From Tepidisphaera sp. (GTDB lineage: Bacteria; Planctomycetota; Phycisphaerae; Phycisphaerales; UBA1924): a stretch of 64,000 nt of DNA. The stretch covers positions 1,376,001-1,440,000 of the forward strand of contig CP051526.1 of the NCBI GenBank assembly GCA_050916045.1, written 5' to 3'. The notes under the pieces were generated by a model. That model did no database searches. It had not been told where the DNA came from and was given only the letters and a program-made list of their open reading frames with translations. Of the stretch, positions 26,834-37,444 are shown in pieces. The translations under genes were made by a program, and so were the position numbers. The stretch's first letter is position 1. Each line of letters opens with the position of its first letter.

Positions 26834-29089
26834 ATGCCCATGGCCCGACCACCGACTTCGTTCCAGGTTGTCTCCCCGTTCAAACCCATGGGCGACCAGC
26901 CCGCGGCGATCGCTCAGTTGGTGGCCGAGCTGAGGGGCGGGGCGAAGGCCTCGTGCCTGCTCGGAGCCACCGGCACGGGCAAGACGTTCACCATGGCCAA
27001 CGTCATCGCGGCCCTGGGCAAGCCGACGCTCATCATGAGCCACAACAAGACGCTCGCGGCCCAGCTTTATGAGGAGCTGCGCGAGTTCTTCCCCAACAAC
27101 TCGGTCAACTACTTCGTCTCGTACTACGACTACTACCAGCCCGAAGCGTACATCCCGGCCCGCGACATCTACATCGAGAAGGACAGCTCGCGGAACGATG
27201 ACCTCGACGCCCTGCGGCTGGCCGCGACGAGCAACATCCTCTCCCGCCGCGACACGATCGTCGTCGCGAGCGTGTCGTGCATCTTCGGCCTGGGGTCGCC
27301 GCTCGCGTACGGGAACAAGGTGCTCACGATCACGCGGGGCTCGATGATCGACCGGCGGGAGTTTCTGCTTCATCTGGCGTCGATGCAGTACAACCGGGCG
27401 GAGATCGAGTTCAAGCGCGGCTTGTTCCGCGTGCGCGGGGATGCGATTGAGATCTGGCCGGCGTACGAGAAGTTCGCGGTGCGGGTGGAGCTTTTCGGGG
27501 ATGAGGTCTCGCGGATCGAGCTCATCAACCCCACGAGCGGCGAGGTGCTGACGGAAGAGACGCAGTTCTTCCTGTTCCCGGCCGTGCACTATGTGATGCC
27601 CGAGGAGCAGCTCGAAGCCGCCGTCGCGGCGATCCGGGCGGAGATGGAGGCCCGGGTGGCCGAGCTTCGAACGCAGGGGAAGCTGCTTGAGGCCCAGCGG
27701 CTGATCGGAAGGACGAAGTACGACCTCGAGATGCTGCAGGAGGTCGGGACGTGCCCGGGGATCGAGAATTACTCCAGGTTCATGGATGGCCGGGCCCGCG
27801 GCGAGCGGCCGTACTGCTTGATGGATTACTTTGACTTTGCCCCCACGGCCCCCGAGATCCGGCAGGTGGCGCCGTCGGGCATCGCCCCGGGCACCGAGCG
27901 CGAGCTGTTGCCGACGCCGGATGCGGTGGCGGCGTCGGCGCGGCCCAACTTTCGAGATTGGCTCCTGATCGTGGATGAATCGCACGTGATGCTGCCGCAG
28001 GTGCGGGCGATGTTCAACGGAGACAAGGCGCGGAAGACGGTGCTCGTCGAGCACGGGTTCCGGTTGCCGTCGGCTCTGGACAACCGTCCGCTTCGGTTTG
28101 AGGAGTTTGAAGCGATGGTGCCGCAGGTCTTGTACGTGTCGGCGACGCCAGCGCCGTACGAGCTTGAGCGCACGGGGGGTGTCGTGGCCGAGCAGGTGAT
28201 CCGCCCGACGGGGTTGCTCGATCCGATCATCGAGGTCAAGCCCGCGATGGGGCAGGTGCCGGATTTGCTCGAGCGGTGCCGCGAGCGGGTCGCGTTGGGC
28301 GAACGGGTGCTGGTGACCGCGCTCACCAAGCGGCTTTGCGAGGACCTCGCGAGCTATCTGGCGGAGCATGGGCTCAGGGTGCGGTTCCTGCACAGCGACA
28401 TCGAGACGCTGGACCGCGTGCAGATCTTGAACGACCTTCGCACCGGCGAGTTTGATGTGCTCGTGGGCGTGAACTTGCTCCGCGAAGGGTTGGACCTGCC
28501 GGAGGTGTCGCTGGTGTGCATTCTGGATGCGGACAAGGAGGGGTTCCTCCGCTCACCGACGTCGCTGATCCAGCAGATGGGTCGCGCGGCCCGCAACGTG
28601 AACGCGCTTGTGGTGATGTACGCGGACACGATGACGCCGGCGATGCGGGCGGCGATCGAGGAGACCGAGCGCCGCCGCGTCAAGCAGCTCGCGTACAACA
28701 AGGAGCACGGCATCACGCCCGCGACGATTTTGAAGTCGATCCGGCGGGGGATGGAGATCAGCCTCAAGGGCCGCAAGACGGCTCGCGAAGCGGTGGGGGT
28801 GAAGGAAGAGCAGTTCGAGATCGATGAGCTGATGAAGGAGTACTCCGAGTCGATGCTCAAAGCCGCGGAGAGCTTGGAGTTCGAGAAAGCAGCGGCGTAC
28901 CGCGACAGCGTGAACAAGCTCAAGAAGATGAAGGCGGAGGCGGCCCAGACCGGCGGGAGCACGAAGGTCCGCAAGAGCTCGGTCGAGAGCGAGGGCGGCG
29001 GCCGGAAGAACGTGAAGAAAGGTCCGGCGGGGATGCCGGGGGTTAGGGTCGCGAAGCGCGGGAAGAAGCGTGGGGGCGGTGGGGAGTAG
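26834..29089 (+). CDS. uvrB: Excinuclease ABC subunit B
   Basis: GDQP, GATGTGKT, YFVSYYDYYQPEAY, DESH, QVIRPTGL, GRAARN, C-terminal UVR domain. Confidence 0.97.
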   Translation: MPMARPPTSFQVVSPFKPMGDQPAAIAQLVAELRGGAKASCLLGATGTGKTFTMANVIAALGKPTLIMSHNKTLAAQLYEELREFFPNNSVNYFVSYYDYYQPEAYIPARDIYIEKDSSRNDDLDALRLAATSNILSRRDTIVVASVSCIFGLGSPLAYGNKVLTITRGSMIDRREFLLHLASMQYNRAEIEFKRGLFRVRGDAIEIWPAYEKFAVRVELFGDEVSRIELINPTSGEVLTEETQFFLFPAVHYVMPEEQLEAAVAAIRAEMEARVAELRTQGKLLEAQRLIGRTKYDLEMLQEVGTCPGIENYSRFMDGRARGERPYCLMDYFDFAPTAPEIRQVAPSGIAPGTERELLPTPDAVAASARPNFRDWLLIVDESHVMLPQVRAMFNGDKARKTVLVEHGFRLPSALDNRPLRFEEFEAMVPQVLYVSATPAPYELERTGGVVAEQVIRPTGLLDPIIEVKPAMGQVPDLLERCRERVALGERVLVTALTKRLCEDLASYLAEHGLRVRFLHSDIETLDRVQILNDLRTGEFDVLVGVNLLREGLDLPEVSLVCILDADKEGFLRSPTSLIQQMGRAARNVNALVVMYADTMTPAMRAAIEETERRRVKQLAYNKEHGITPATILKSIRRGMEISLKGRKTAREAVGVKEEQFEIDELMKEYSESMLKAAESLEFEKAAAYRDSVNKLKKMKAEAAQTGGSTKVRKSSVESEGGGRKNVKKGPAGMPGVRVAKRGKKRGGGGE

Positions 29090-29140
29090 CGTCCCCGGCG
29101 ATCACAGATCGGTGTATGCTCCGGCCTCAAAGGAGATCCC

Positions 29141-30397
29141 ATGGGGCTTGGAATTGGCGTGACGAGTGCGTTGCCGAAGGGCAAGTCCGAAGCGGCGGTG
29201 TTCAAGGCGATCGCGAAAGCGATTCCTGGCGCGGTCACCGATGAGGTGATGAAGGAAGTGTGCGCTGTGCACGTGGGCGAGGAGGGCGTGTTCGCGCAGC
29301 TTTTCCCGCAGTGCGAGCCGCTTGAGTTCGTGGTGCACGAGGGCAAGCTGCTGGCTTCGACCAAGACGTCGTCGTGCGGTCCCGGCTATCACGCCGAGGT
29401 GGTGGATGTTCTGAACCGGATCGGGAAGGCTTGTGGTCTGCGTTGGGAGTGGGACGGCGAACACGGGGGCGACGAGACCGGGTTCGCGGCGTCCGGGGAC
29501 TTTGACGACTTGCAGGGGCAGATGGCTCGTGACATCCAGATGATCGCGGCGCACATGAGCCGGGACGAGAGTCACGGCAACGGCGATGTTCCCCGCTGCA
29601 TTTGCTGGAACATGAGTGCGCCCACGCCCCTGGGTCCTTGGTTTGCGATCTGCTCGAGCGGCTCTTTGTCGCTGGAATGGCTGAAGGCGATCGCGACCGG
29701 CCCCGAGCCTCGAAAGCTCTCGCGTGAGTATCACGTCTGGTGGGAGCGGGTTCGCACGCCCGGCGAATGGGCCAAGCTCGCGACGATGCTGATGTGGTCG
29801 GAGATCCGCTGGCATCCGCCGGCGGACGAGTGGGAGGAGAAGATGATGCGGCTCGCGGTGCTCGCGGCTGGGAAAGCGGACAAAGATGCTCTGCGCAAAG
29901 CCGGGGTGGACGATCAAGACATCATCGAGCTTCAAGCCATGCTCGCGATTGGCGAAGATGAAGAGCCCGTGCGGCCACGGCTTGCTGGTTTCGGGCTGTT
30001 TCGCGGACCCGCTCGATGGCGGCAAGCGGGTCCGTGGAGCGTTGACCTTCCGGGTTACTTCTACCTCGAGCATGATGAAGAGGGCGGGCTGAACTGGTGG
30101 TACACGGGCATTGCCGTCCGCATGAGCGTGCTTGAACTCAACACGGAGACCCCGGCTCGCGAGGTCATTGAGGGAATCGTGTTGGAGCAGGGAGCGACGA
30201 AGGTGATCTTTGAGACGCACGCTCACGTTGAATCCGGCCACGGGATGTTCACCGGCGAAGATGGGTACCTTGTCCTCGCGGGCGTCAAAGTCGTCGGCGA
30301 CGAGTGTGCGATCATCACGATCACCTACGAGAAGCCGCACGAGCGCGAAGCGATCGCCGCGTGGAAGTCCATCACGCGTCCCGCGCCCTCGGCATGA
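29141..30397 (+). CDS. Hypothetical protein (418 aa)
   Basis: AAAGGAG RBS, long ORF with globular composition; no recognised domain. Confidence 0.7.
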   Translation: MGLGIGVTSALPKGKSEAAVFKAIAKAIPGAVTDEVMKEVCAVHVGEEGVFAQLFPQCEPLEFVVHEGKLLASTKTSSCGPGYHAEVVDVLNRIGKACGLRWEWDGEHGGDETGFAASGDFDDLQGQMARDIQMIAAHMSRDESHGNGDVPRCICWNMSAPTPLGPWFAICSSGSLSLEWLKAIATGPEPRKLSREYHVWWERVRTPGEWAKLATMLMWSEIRWHPPADEWEEKMMRLAVLAAGKADKDALRKAGVDDQDIIELQAMLAIGEDEEPVRPRLAGFGLFRGPARWRQAGPWSVDLPGYFYLEHDEEGGLNWWYTGIAVRMSVLELNTETPAREVIEGIVLEQGATKVIFETHAHVESGHGMFTGEDGYLVLAGVKVVGDECAIITITYEKPHEREAIAAWKSITRPAPSA

Positions 30398-30413
30398 CCG
30401 CCTAGGGTTGGCG

Positions 30414-30665
30414 ATGCCGAGTCAGCAGCAAGGCCCGCCCCCCCGCAAGAACCTGGACCGCTTCGTGTACTACTTCGCGGGCGTGGCGATCGGATGCTTG
30501 ATGCTGGGGATGCTGACGCAGGCGAGGTCGTGCCAGGCGCGGCGGTCGGGGGCTGGGCAGGAGCCGGCGGGGGTGACGGGTCCCGGGGCACCTCCGGCGG
30601 TGCCTTCGGGCGCGACGCAACCCCCGGCCCCGAATGGGGTTTTGGATCCCCAGACAAAACCCTGA
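30414..30665 (+). CDS. Small single-TM protein
   Basis: One TM segment (YYFAGVAIGCLMLGML) and a Pro-rich tail. Confidence 0.55.
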   Translation: MPSQQQGPPPRKNLDRFVYYFAGVAIGCLMLGMLTQARSCQARRSGAGQEPAGVTGPGAPPAVPSGATQPPAPNGVLDPQTKP

Positions 30666-30784
30666 TACGAACGTCACCTTCGTGCTAGAATCGCATCCAA
30701 ACGGGGCTCGCCGGCGGAGTGTCGGTGCGCAGGGCGGTCGGTGCGCGGGCAGGAACGGAGTGCGTGGTGACGAAAGCGACGGGT

Positions 30785-33700
30785 ATGGCCAAGAAGCCGG
30801 TGGAAGTGGTTGTCGACAAGTCGGTGAACAAGGAACAGCCGGCTCGGGAGGCGAGCGAGAAAGCGGCGGCCAAGCCGGCTCGCGACCTGCGGTACATCCA
30901 TGTCCGCGGGGCCCGCGAGCACAACCTCAAGGACATCTCGGTTCGGATCCCGCGCGACAAGCTGGTCGTGATCACAGGGTTGTCGGGGTCGGGGAAGAGC
31001 TCGCTCGCGTTTGACACGATCTTCGCCGAGGGGCAGCGGAAGTACATGGAGTCGCTTTCCGCGTATGCGCGGCAGTTCCTCGAACAGCTCAAGAAGCCGG
31101 ATGTCGACGAGGTCGAGGGGATCCCGCCGACGATCGCGATCGAGCAGCGCTCGGCGAGCGGGAACCCGCGGTCGACGGTCGCGACGACGACGGAGATTTA
31201 TGACTACCTGCGGCTTCTGTTCGCGCGGTGCGGCGTGCCGTACTCGTGGGCACCGACGAAGACGAAGAAGGACGGGACGGTCGAGGCACGGTCCGGCGTG
31301 CCGATCACGGCGACGAGCTCGACGCAGATCGTGGACAGCATCCTGAACGGGGCTTCCGGCGAGCGGGCGATGATCCTGTCGCCGGTGGTGCGGGGGAAGA
31401 AGGGGTTCCACCGCGATGTGCTGGAGCAGTTCGCGGAGCAGGGGTGGCAGCGGGCGCGGATCAACGGGGCGGTCGTCGAGCTGCGGGAGCTTTTGAAGGA
31501 GCCTGGGGAGAACCCGGCGAAGCTCGGGCGGCACGAGAAGCACTCGATCGACGCGGTGATCGACCGGCTCACGCTCACGATGGAGAATCGTCAGCGGATC
31601 GCGGAAAGCGTGGAAGCGGCGATCAAGCTCGGCGATGGCGGGGTCATCATCAGCATCGAGAAGGACGGAGCGTGGACGGACCGCGCGTTCTCGACGAAGT
31701 TCGCGGATCCGGACCATCCGGAGTATGCGCTGGATGAGCTTTCGCCCCGGCTTTTCTCGTTCAATAGCCCGTTCGGCGCGTGCAAATCGTGCAACGGGCT
31801 TGGGACGATTCTTGAGTTTGATGAGGGGCTGATTGTTCCGAACGAGACGGTGCCGCTTGGGGACGGCGCGATCGCGTGCTGGGCGAAGAACGGGATGTGG
31901 AAGGGGTGGTTCAACAAGCAGCTTCGCAAGTACTGCAAAGCGTTTGACGCGCAGATGACGACGCCGATCGGCAAGCTGACGCAGGACCAGCGTCGCATCC
32001 TGCTTTACGGCACCAACGCGGCGGATGTCGAGGAGTACAACGCGAAGTGGAAGGGCGTCATCCCCGAAGCGATGCAGTGGTGGCAGACGACCGAGACGGA
32101 GAACGTCAAGGAGTTTCTGTCGCAGTTCCTGTCGCAGAAGCCGTGCCCGGGGTGCCAGGGCGACCGGCTTCGGATCGAAGCGCTGCACGTGCTGATCCGG
32201 AGCACGCACAAAGCGGACACGGAGAAAGCGTTCAGCACGGCGGTGATCGGGCGGCCGAAGGGGGCGGGCGACGGCACGATGCTCAACATCGCGGAGTTTT
32301 CGCGGCTGAACATCAACGACGCGATGAAGTTTGCGAAGGGCCTGGTGCTTTCGGACGAGCAGAAGGTGATCGCGGAGCCGATCCTGAAGGAGATCAACAA
32401 CCGGCTTCGGTTCCTGACGGGCGTGGGTCTTGAGTATCTGTCGCTGGACCGCAAGACGGCGACGCTTTCGGGCGGGGAAGCCCAGCGGATCCGGCTCGCA
32501 TCGCAGGTTGGGAGCGGGCTGGTCGGGGCGTGCTACGTGCTTGATGAGCCGACGATCGGCCTGCACCAGCGGGACAACACGCGGCTGATCGACACGCTCA
32601 GGCATCTGACGGACATCGGGAACTCGGTGCTTGTGGTCGAGCACGATGAGGACATGATCCGGCACGCGGACCATGTGCTTGACGTCGGGCCGGGGCCGGG
32701 CGTGCACGGCGGGCGGATCGTGGCGGAGGGGACGGTCGAGGAGATCATCGCGAATCCGAAGTCCCTGACGGGGGATTACCTGTCGGGGAGAAAGCGGATC
32801 GAGATTCCGAGCAAGCGCCGCGAGCTTTCGGAGAAGAAAGCGATCATCATCAAGGGAGCGACGCACAACAACCTGAAGAACGTGGAAGCGGCGTTCCCCC
32901 TCGGCGGGATCGTTTGCGTCACAGGCGTGAGCGGTTCGGGCAAGTCGACGCTTGTGAACGACATCCTGCTGCAAGCGGTGAAGAAGCAGATCCTGGCGAG
33001 CCGCGTCGTGGTCGGGGCGCACCAGTCGATCAAGATCCCGAAGGAACTGGATCGCGTGATCGAGGTGGACCAGAGCCCGATCGGCCGGACGCCGCGGAGC
33101 AATCCCGCGACGTACACGGGCATCTTCGACGACATCCGCAAGGTCTTCGCACAGACGAAGGAGGCCAAGGTCCGCGGGTACGAGCCCGGGCGGTTCAGCT
33201 TCAACGTGCGGGCCAAGAGCGGGGGCGGACGCTGCGAAGCGTGCGAAGGGCACGGCCTGAAGAAGATCGAGATGCACTTCCTGCCGGATGTGTACGTCGA
33301 GTGCGAGGTGTGCCGCGGCAAGCGGTACAACCGCGAGACGCTCGAGGTGCTTTACCGCGGGAAGAACATCGCGGATGTGCTTGCGATGACGGTCGAGGAG
33401 GGGGTCGCGTTCTTCGAGAACCACCCGAAGATCCTGCGGTTCCTGAAGTGCTTGCACGATGTGGGCCTGGACTACATCCAGCTTGGCCAGCCGAGCACGC
33501 AGCTTTCGGGCGGCGAGGCGCAGCGGATCAAGCTGGCTTCGGAGCTCGGGCTCGGAGCGGGGGCGCTCGGGTCGCAGGGTCACACGCTTTACGTGCTGGA
33601 TGAGCCGACGACGGGTTTGCACTTTGAGGACATTCGCAAGCTTGTCGCGGTGATGCAGCGGCTCGCGGATGCGGGGAACACGCTGATCGTGATCGAGCAC

Positions 33701-33856
33701 AACTTGGATGTGATCAAGTGCGCGGACTGGCTCGTGGACCTGGGGCCCGAGGGCGGCGGCGGGGGCGGCACGATCATCGCGAAGGGAACGCCGGAGGACG
33801 TCGCGAAGGTCGCGGCGAGCCATACGGGGAGGTATTTGAAGCCGATGCTGAAGTAA
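30785..33856 (+). CDS. uvrA: Excinuclease ABC subunit A
   Basis: [23 protein letters not shown], two LSGGEAQRI signatures, GVSGSGKS, C-terminal Zn finger. Confidence 0.97.
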   Translation: MAKKPVEVVVDKSVNKEQPAREASEKAAAKPARDLRYIHVRGAREHNLKDISVRIPRDKLVVITGLSGSGKSSLAFDTIFAEGQRKYMESLSAYARQFLEQLKKPDVDEVEGIPPTIAIEQRSASGNPRSTVATTTEIYDYLRLLFARCGVPYSWAPTKTKKDGTVEARSGVPITATSSTQIVDSILNGASGERAMILSPVVRGKKGFHRDVLEQFAEQGWQRARINGAVVELRELLKEPGENPAKLGRHEKHSIDAVIDRLTLTMENRQRIAESVEAAIKLGDGGVIISIEKDGAWTDRAFSTKFADPDHPEYALDELSPRLFSFNSPFGACKSCNGLGTILEFDEGLIVPNETVPLGDGAIACWAKNGMWKGWFNKQLRKYCKAFDAQMTTPIGKLTQDQRRILLYGTNAADVEEYNAKWKGVIPEAMQWWQTTETENVKEFLSQFLSQKPCPGCQGDRLRIEALHVLIRSTHKADTEKAFSTAVIGRPKGAGDGTMLNIAEFSRLNINDAMKFAKGLVLSDEQKVIAEPILKEINNRLRFLTGVGLEYLSLDRKTATLSGGEAQRIRLASQVGSGLVGACYVLDEPTIGLHQRDNTRLIDTLRHLTDIGNSVLVVEHDEDMIRHADHVLDVGPGPGVHGGRIVAEGTVEEIIANPKSLTGDYLSGRKRIEIPSKRRELSEKKAIIIKGATHNNLKNVEAAFPLGGIVCVTGVSGSGKSTLVNDILLQAVKKQILASRVVVGAHQSIKIPKELDRVIEVDQSPIGRTPRSNPATYTGIFDDIRKVFAQTKEAKVRGYEPGRFSFNVRAKSGGGRCEACEGHGLKKIEMHFLPDVYVECEVCRGKRYNRETLEVLYRGKNIADVLAMTVEEGVAFFENHPKILRFLKCLHDVGLDYIQLGQPSTQLSGGEAQRIKLASELGLGAGALGSQGHTLYVLDEPTTGLHFEDIRKLVAVMQRLADAGNTLIVIEHNLDVIKCADWLVDLGPEGGGGGGTIIAKGTPEDVAKVAASHTGRYLKPMLK

Positions 33857-33881
33857 TCAGAGCCCGCAGCGCGAGCAAGGG
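33857..33881 (+). repeat. REP-like 25-mer, left member of inverted pair
   Basis: tcagagcccgcagcgcgagcaaggg starts immediately after the uvrA TAA; 21/25 match to the reverse complement of 34691-34715. Confidence 0.7.
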
Positions 33882-33989
33882 GGAAGCGGCGTGGGACGTT
33901 CGATCCGGTGCCGGCGCTCGACTGCGCGCGAAAGGCGGTGCTGACGAATTGCGTTTGGGGCGGTGCGGCAACCGGAACCTCTGCGGATG

Positions 33990-34592
33990 TCATCGCCGCT
34001 TCGCGGTGTTCGCGTCGTCGCGTCCTCGCTCCTTCCCGACAAGCTGCCAACTTATCCGCCCATCGGGTCGTTCACTGAACCACACCTGGGCGACGTCGGA
34101 GAATCGTGAGTATTGGAGGGTGCGTGACCGCCGCATCGTTGGAGGACGGTCGCCGTCCTCGTGGCGTGATTCAAGCCCTTGGAGATCATCGAAGTCCGGC
34201 TTGCCCAGCTTGCGAATCACTTCTTCAAACGTCGCGACGGTCCCGATCAGGTCGGTGAGGCGGCGCATCTCCTTTGGCGGGATGACGTGGAAGAGCAGGT
34301 GTCGCTTTGACTTCGGGGCCGCGCCGCCGCAGAAGGGACAGTGGTAAATGTTGAGCGTTGAAAGGCCGTGCGAGCCCGGTTCGTAGTACTGATAGTGGTA
34401 CTCGTTCGTCTTTTCGTCGAACGCGATGGGGATGGTCGGGTCGTCGGCAGAGTGCTCGAGGTATTTGCAGGAGCAAGGCGTTGACGTGACCGAGGCGAAC
34501 GTCGGGCCAGCGTGCTTCGGGCGTGGCGCGGACTTCGTGGAAGCTGGCTTTGTCGGAGGCTTTCTGGACTTCGAGGTGGGCTTGCGGGCCAT
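33990..34592 (-). CDS. Hypothetical protein, DUF6980-like Zn-binding
   Basis: C.C...D..I.FD....EY....I.HCPFCG...PKSKR pattern; family assignment from memory. Confidence 0.55.
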   Translation of the reverse strand: MARKPTSKSRKPPTKPASTKSAPRPKHAGPTFASVTSTPCSCKYLEHSADDPTIPIAFDEKTNEYHYQYYEPGSHGLSTLNIYHCPFCGGAAPKSKRHLLFHVIPPKEMRRLTDLIGTVATFEEVIRKLGKPDFDDLQGLESRHEDGDRPPTMRRSRTLQYSRFSDVAQVWFSERPDGRISWQLVGKERGRDDANTAKRR

Positions 34593-34689
34593 GGAAGCCA
34601 GTGTAGCGGAATGGCGGCGAACCCGAGCGCGTGGTCGGCCGATCGCGCCGATGCGCGATGCTCTGGATTGGGAGGAACTCGCCGCTTCG

Positions 34690-34716
34690 ACCCTCGCTGG
34701 CGCGTCGGGCTCTGAA
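34690..34716 (-). repeat. REP-like 27-mer, right member of inverted pair
   Basis: Reverse complement ttcagagcccgacgcgccagcgagggt is identical to 47110-47136. Confidence 0.8.
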
Positions 34717-34721
34717 AGAAC

Positions 34722-35048
34722 TCAACCCACTGTGCGGAGTTCCGAATCCACCGCGGGGCACCAGCGGCGTGCTTTCGCGGCGTCGAACTTCGCCGGCAGG
34801 GGCCACGGGATCGCGGCGTCGGGGTGGGCCGGGGAGACTCGGGCTTCGAGGAGGAAGCGGACGAGGCGTTCGATGAGTTCGCCGGGCGCGACGAGGCCGC
34901 CGGTCCAGTGGTCGTGGTCGCACCACGCGAGCCGGATCTCGTGGTCGGTCCCGCTTGTTTCGGAGCCGATGCGGACGCGGCATGCCCAGCCCCTGGGATC
35001 GTCCAGGACCTGCGTGCATTCGACTTTGGAGCCGGTGGCGTGGTTCAT
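34722..35048 (-). CDS. Small hypothetical protein
   Basis: Protein-like ORF containing P.ELIERLVRFLLE and LP.KFD; start inferred. Confidence 0.55.
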   Translation of the reverse strand: MNHATGSKVECTQVLDDPRGWACRVRIGSETSGTDHEIRLAWCDHDHWTGGLVAPGELIERLVRFLLEARVSPAHPDAAIPWPLPAKFDAAKARRWCPAVDSELRTVG

Positions 35049-35185
35049 GCGTCTCCAGATCGTATCCGAAGCGTCGCTTCCGGCCGCATCGGTGAGGAAC
35101 GACCCCCGGGCGAAACCCGGACGAGTCGGTCCCGGTACCATTCGGCGATTCCACCCCGCTTCTTGACCGTTCGTGCGCGGATCCC

Positions 35186-36520
35186 ATGAGTTTCATCCTC
35201 GAGATCTTCATCCTCGGCCTGACGAACCTCCGCTTGCACCTGCTGCGGACGATCCTGACCGCGCTGGGCATCATCCTCGGCGTCGCGGCGGTGATCATCA
35301 TGGTGAGCGCGGGCGAAGGGTCCAAGCAGCGGGCCCTCGAAGAAATCTCCAAGCTCGGTGCTCAGAACATCATCGTGCGGTCGCAGCGGCCGCCGCAGGA
35401 TCAAGCCGAGCAGAGCGGCTCGGGCCGGCGGACATCGTGGCTGAACCGGTACGGGATCACGCGAGCAGATGAGCAGGTCGTGCGCGAGAACTTTCCCGAC
35501 GCGACGATCGTCCCGCTCAAGGAAGTGGGGAGCCAGATCATCCGCGAGGGGATCCGCAAGACGAGCCAGGCGTTCGGGACGACGCCGGAGCTCCTTTCGG
35601 CGGCCAAGCTTCGGATCGCGCGCGGGCGATATCTGACACAAACGGATATCGACGACGCGGCGGCGGTCTGCGTGCTCGGAGCGGAGGTCGCGAAGCAGTT
35701 CTTCCGCTTGGAGGATCCGCTCCACAACACGATCCGGATCGACAGCAAGGTGATGACGGTGGTGGGGGTGCTGGCGCCGGTGGGGCTCGCGGGCGGGAAG
35801 GGGGCGGCGCTGGTGGGCCGCGATCTCGACCTTGACCTGCACATTCCGATCTCGACGGCGCGGGTGGTCTTCGGGGACATGGTGATCCGGCAGAGCTCGG
35901 GCAATTTCCAGAACAGCAGCGTGGAGGTGGCGGAGCTATACGTCGTGTCGCCGGCGATCGAGCGGGTGATGGCGGACGCGGCGCGGCTTCAGCGGATCAT
36001 GGATGTGCGGCACGCGACGACGCGGGATGTGTCCATCAAGGTGCCGTACGAGCTGCTTGAGAACGCGGAGCGGACGGCTCGCAATTTCAAGATCACCTTC
36101 GGGCTGGTGGCGGGGGTGGCGCTCCTGGTGGGCGGTATCGGCATCATGAACATCATGCTCGCGACGGTGACGGAGCGGACGCGGGAGATCGGCATCCGGC
36201 GGGCGCTGGGCGCGACGCGGAAGCACGTGATTCTGCAGTTCCTGATCGAAACGACGGTGATCTCGTCGATCGGCGGGTTTATGGGGATCGCGATGGGCGT
36301 CGGCCTGTCGTGGCTTGTGGATTGGGGCGTGCCCAAGCTGCCGCAACTGCCGTGGGTGGGCCAGTTCTTCCCGGCGGATGCTTCGCTTCCGATGTCGGTG
36401 ACGATCGGGTCGATCATCGTTGCCTTCTCGGTGGCATTCATCACGGGCTTGATCTTCGGGATCTATCCCGCGCGGCGAGCGGCGGCGCAGGATCCGATCG
36501 TGGCGTTGAGGCATACGTAA
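35186..36520 (+). CDS. MacB/FtsX-like ABC permease
   Basis: LRTILTALGIILGV, GR......D, VGGIGIMNIMLATVTERTREIGIRRALGA, YPARRAA..DPI.ALR. Confidence 0.92.
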   Translation: MSFILEIFILGLTNLRLHLLRTILTALGIILGVAAVIIMVSAGEGSKQRALEEISKLGAQNIIVRSQRPPQDQAEQSGSGRRTSWLNRYGITRADEQVVRENFPDATIVPLKEVGSQIIREGIRKTSQAFGTTPELLSAAKLRIARGRYLTQTDIDDAAAVCVLGAEVAKQFFRLEDPLHNTIRIDSKVMTVVGVLAPVGLAGGKGAALVGRDLDLDLHIPISTARVVFGDMVIRQSSGNFQNSSVEVAELYVVSPAIERVMADAARLQRIMDVRHATTRDVSIKVPYELLENAERTARNFKITFGLVAGVALLVGGIGIMNIMLATVTERTREIGIRRALGATRKHVILQFLIETTVISSIGGFMGIAMGVGLSWLVDWGVPKLPQLPWVGQFFPADASLPMSVTIGSIIVAFSVAFITGLIFGIYPARRAAAQDPIVALRHT

Positions 36521-36608
36521 AGCGGGTGGAACGCGAAGGCATAGAGGAACGCGGAGGAAGTCGCGGGAGGCGATGCACCAAGCCGCGCGATGCTCGGCGG
36601 CGGCGCGT

Positions 36609-37424
36609 TCACTTCTTCTGCATTTCCTTCTTCATGATGAACAGGTAGTTGAACCCGCGCATGAAGAAGTTGCCGTCTTCGGCGGCTTTGTGCCAGTTGC
36701 CGCGGCTGAGCTTCTGGTTGTGGCGGACGACCGAGATGATGTCGACGGGCTTGAAGCCTTGCTTCATGATCTCGAAGAGGTCGAACCCGATGGGCATGAA
36801 CCGGTCCGTCGCGGTGCCGGCGCCCTTGCCCTTCTTGAAGCTGTCGCTCACGTACAAGCCGAGGTAGCGGCGGTCCTTGAGGACGCGGTGGAGCTCCTTG
36901 AGGACGCGGCGCATGGCTTCGTAGTAGGCTTGGCCCCCGTCGTCGCCGCCGGCGTCGAGCTTGCCGATGCACGCGGGGTCGTCGGAGTAGTCGACGTGCG
37001 TGGAGTAGGGCGGGTCGATGAACGCGAAGTCGACGGACGCGTCGGGCAGAGCGATCTTGCGAGCATCGCCGTACTTGATCTCCGGCCGCTGGGGATTGAG
37101 GTCGAATCCGATCCCCTTGCGGTTGGTGTCGGCGCAGACGTCGAGGGTCGTGCCGCTGCCGCACATGGGGTCGATGACGGTGTCGCCTTCGCGGGTGTAG
37201 CGTTGCAGGAGCTGCCAGATGACCCAGGAGGGCGTCGCGCCGACGTAGGCTTTGTCGCCCTGCATGGGGAGTTCGCGGGGGGCGCGCGGCTTGACGTTCA
37301 CGCACGGGGGAAAGGTGTTGGCGGGGTCGTAGTGCTGGCTGGGGTACTCCCAGCAGGTCGTGGTGAAGATGCGGAGCGTCGGCTTGTTGGGGTTGCCGCG
37401 GGGTCGTGGAGGTGGCCGGTCCAT
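36609..37424 (-). CDS. Orphan N6/N4 amino-methyltransferase
   Basis: DPMCGSGTT motif I precedes the DPPY catalytic motif; no endonuclease neighbour. Confidence 0.8.
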   Translation of the reverse strand: MDRPPPRPRGNPNKPTLRIFTTTCWEYPSQHYDPANTFPPCVNVKPRAPRELPMQGDKAYVGATPSWVIWQLLQRYTREGDTVIDPMCGSGTTLDVCADTNRKGIGFDLNPQRPEIKYGDARKIALPDASVDFAFIDPPYSTHVDYSDDPACIGKLDAGGDDGGQAYYEAMRRVLKELHRVLKDRRYLGLYVSDSFKKGKGAGTATDRFMPIGFDLFEIMKQGFKPVDIISVVRHNQKLSRGNWHKAAEDGNFFMRGFNYLFIMKKEMQKK

Positions 37425-37444
37425 GGGGAGAGCGTATGGGCGGC

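Noticed and set aside
30674..33823. 1049-aa antisense ORF and similar long Arg/Pro-rich ORFs (e.g. 23219-26494, 4678-6723)
   Set aside because: These are shadow ORFs caused by stop-codon scarcity in GC-rich DNA opposite well-supported genes.
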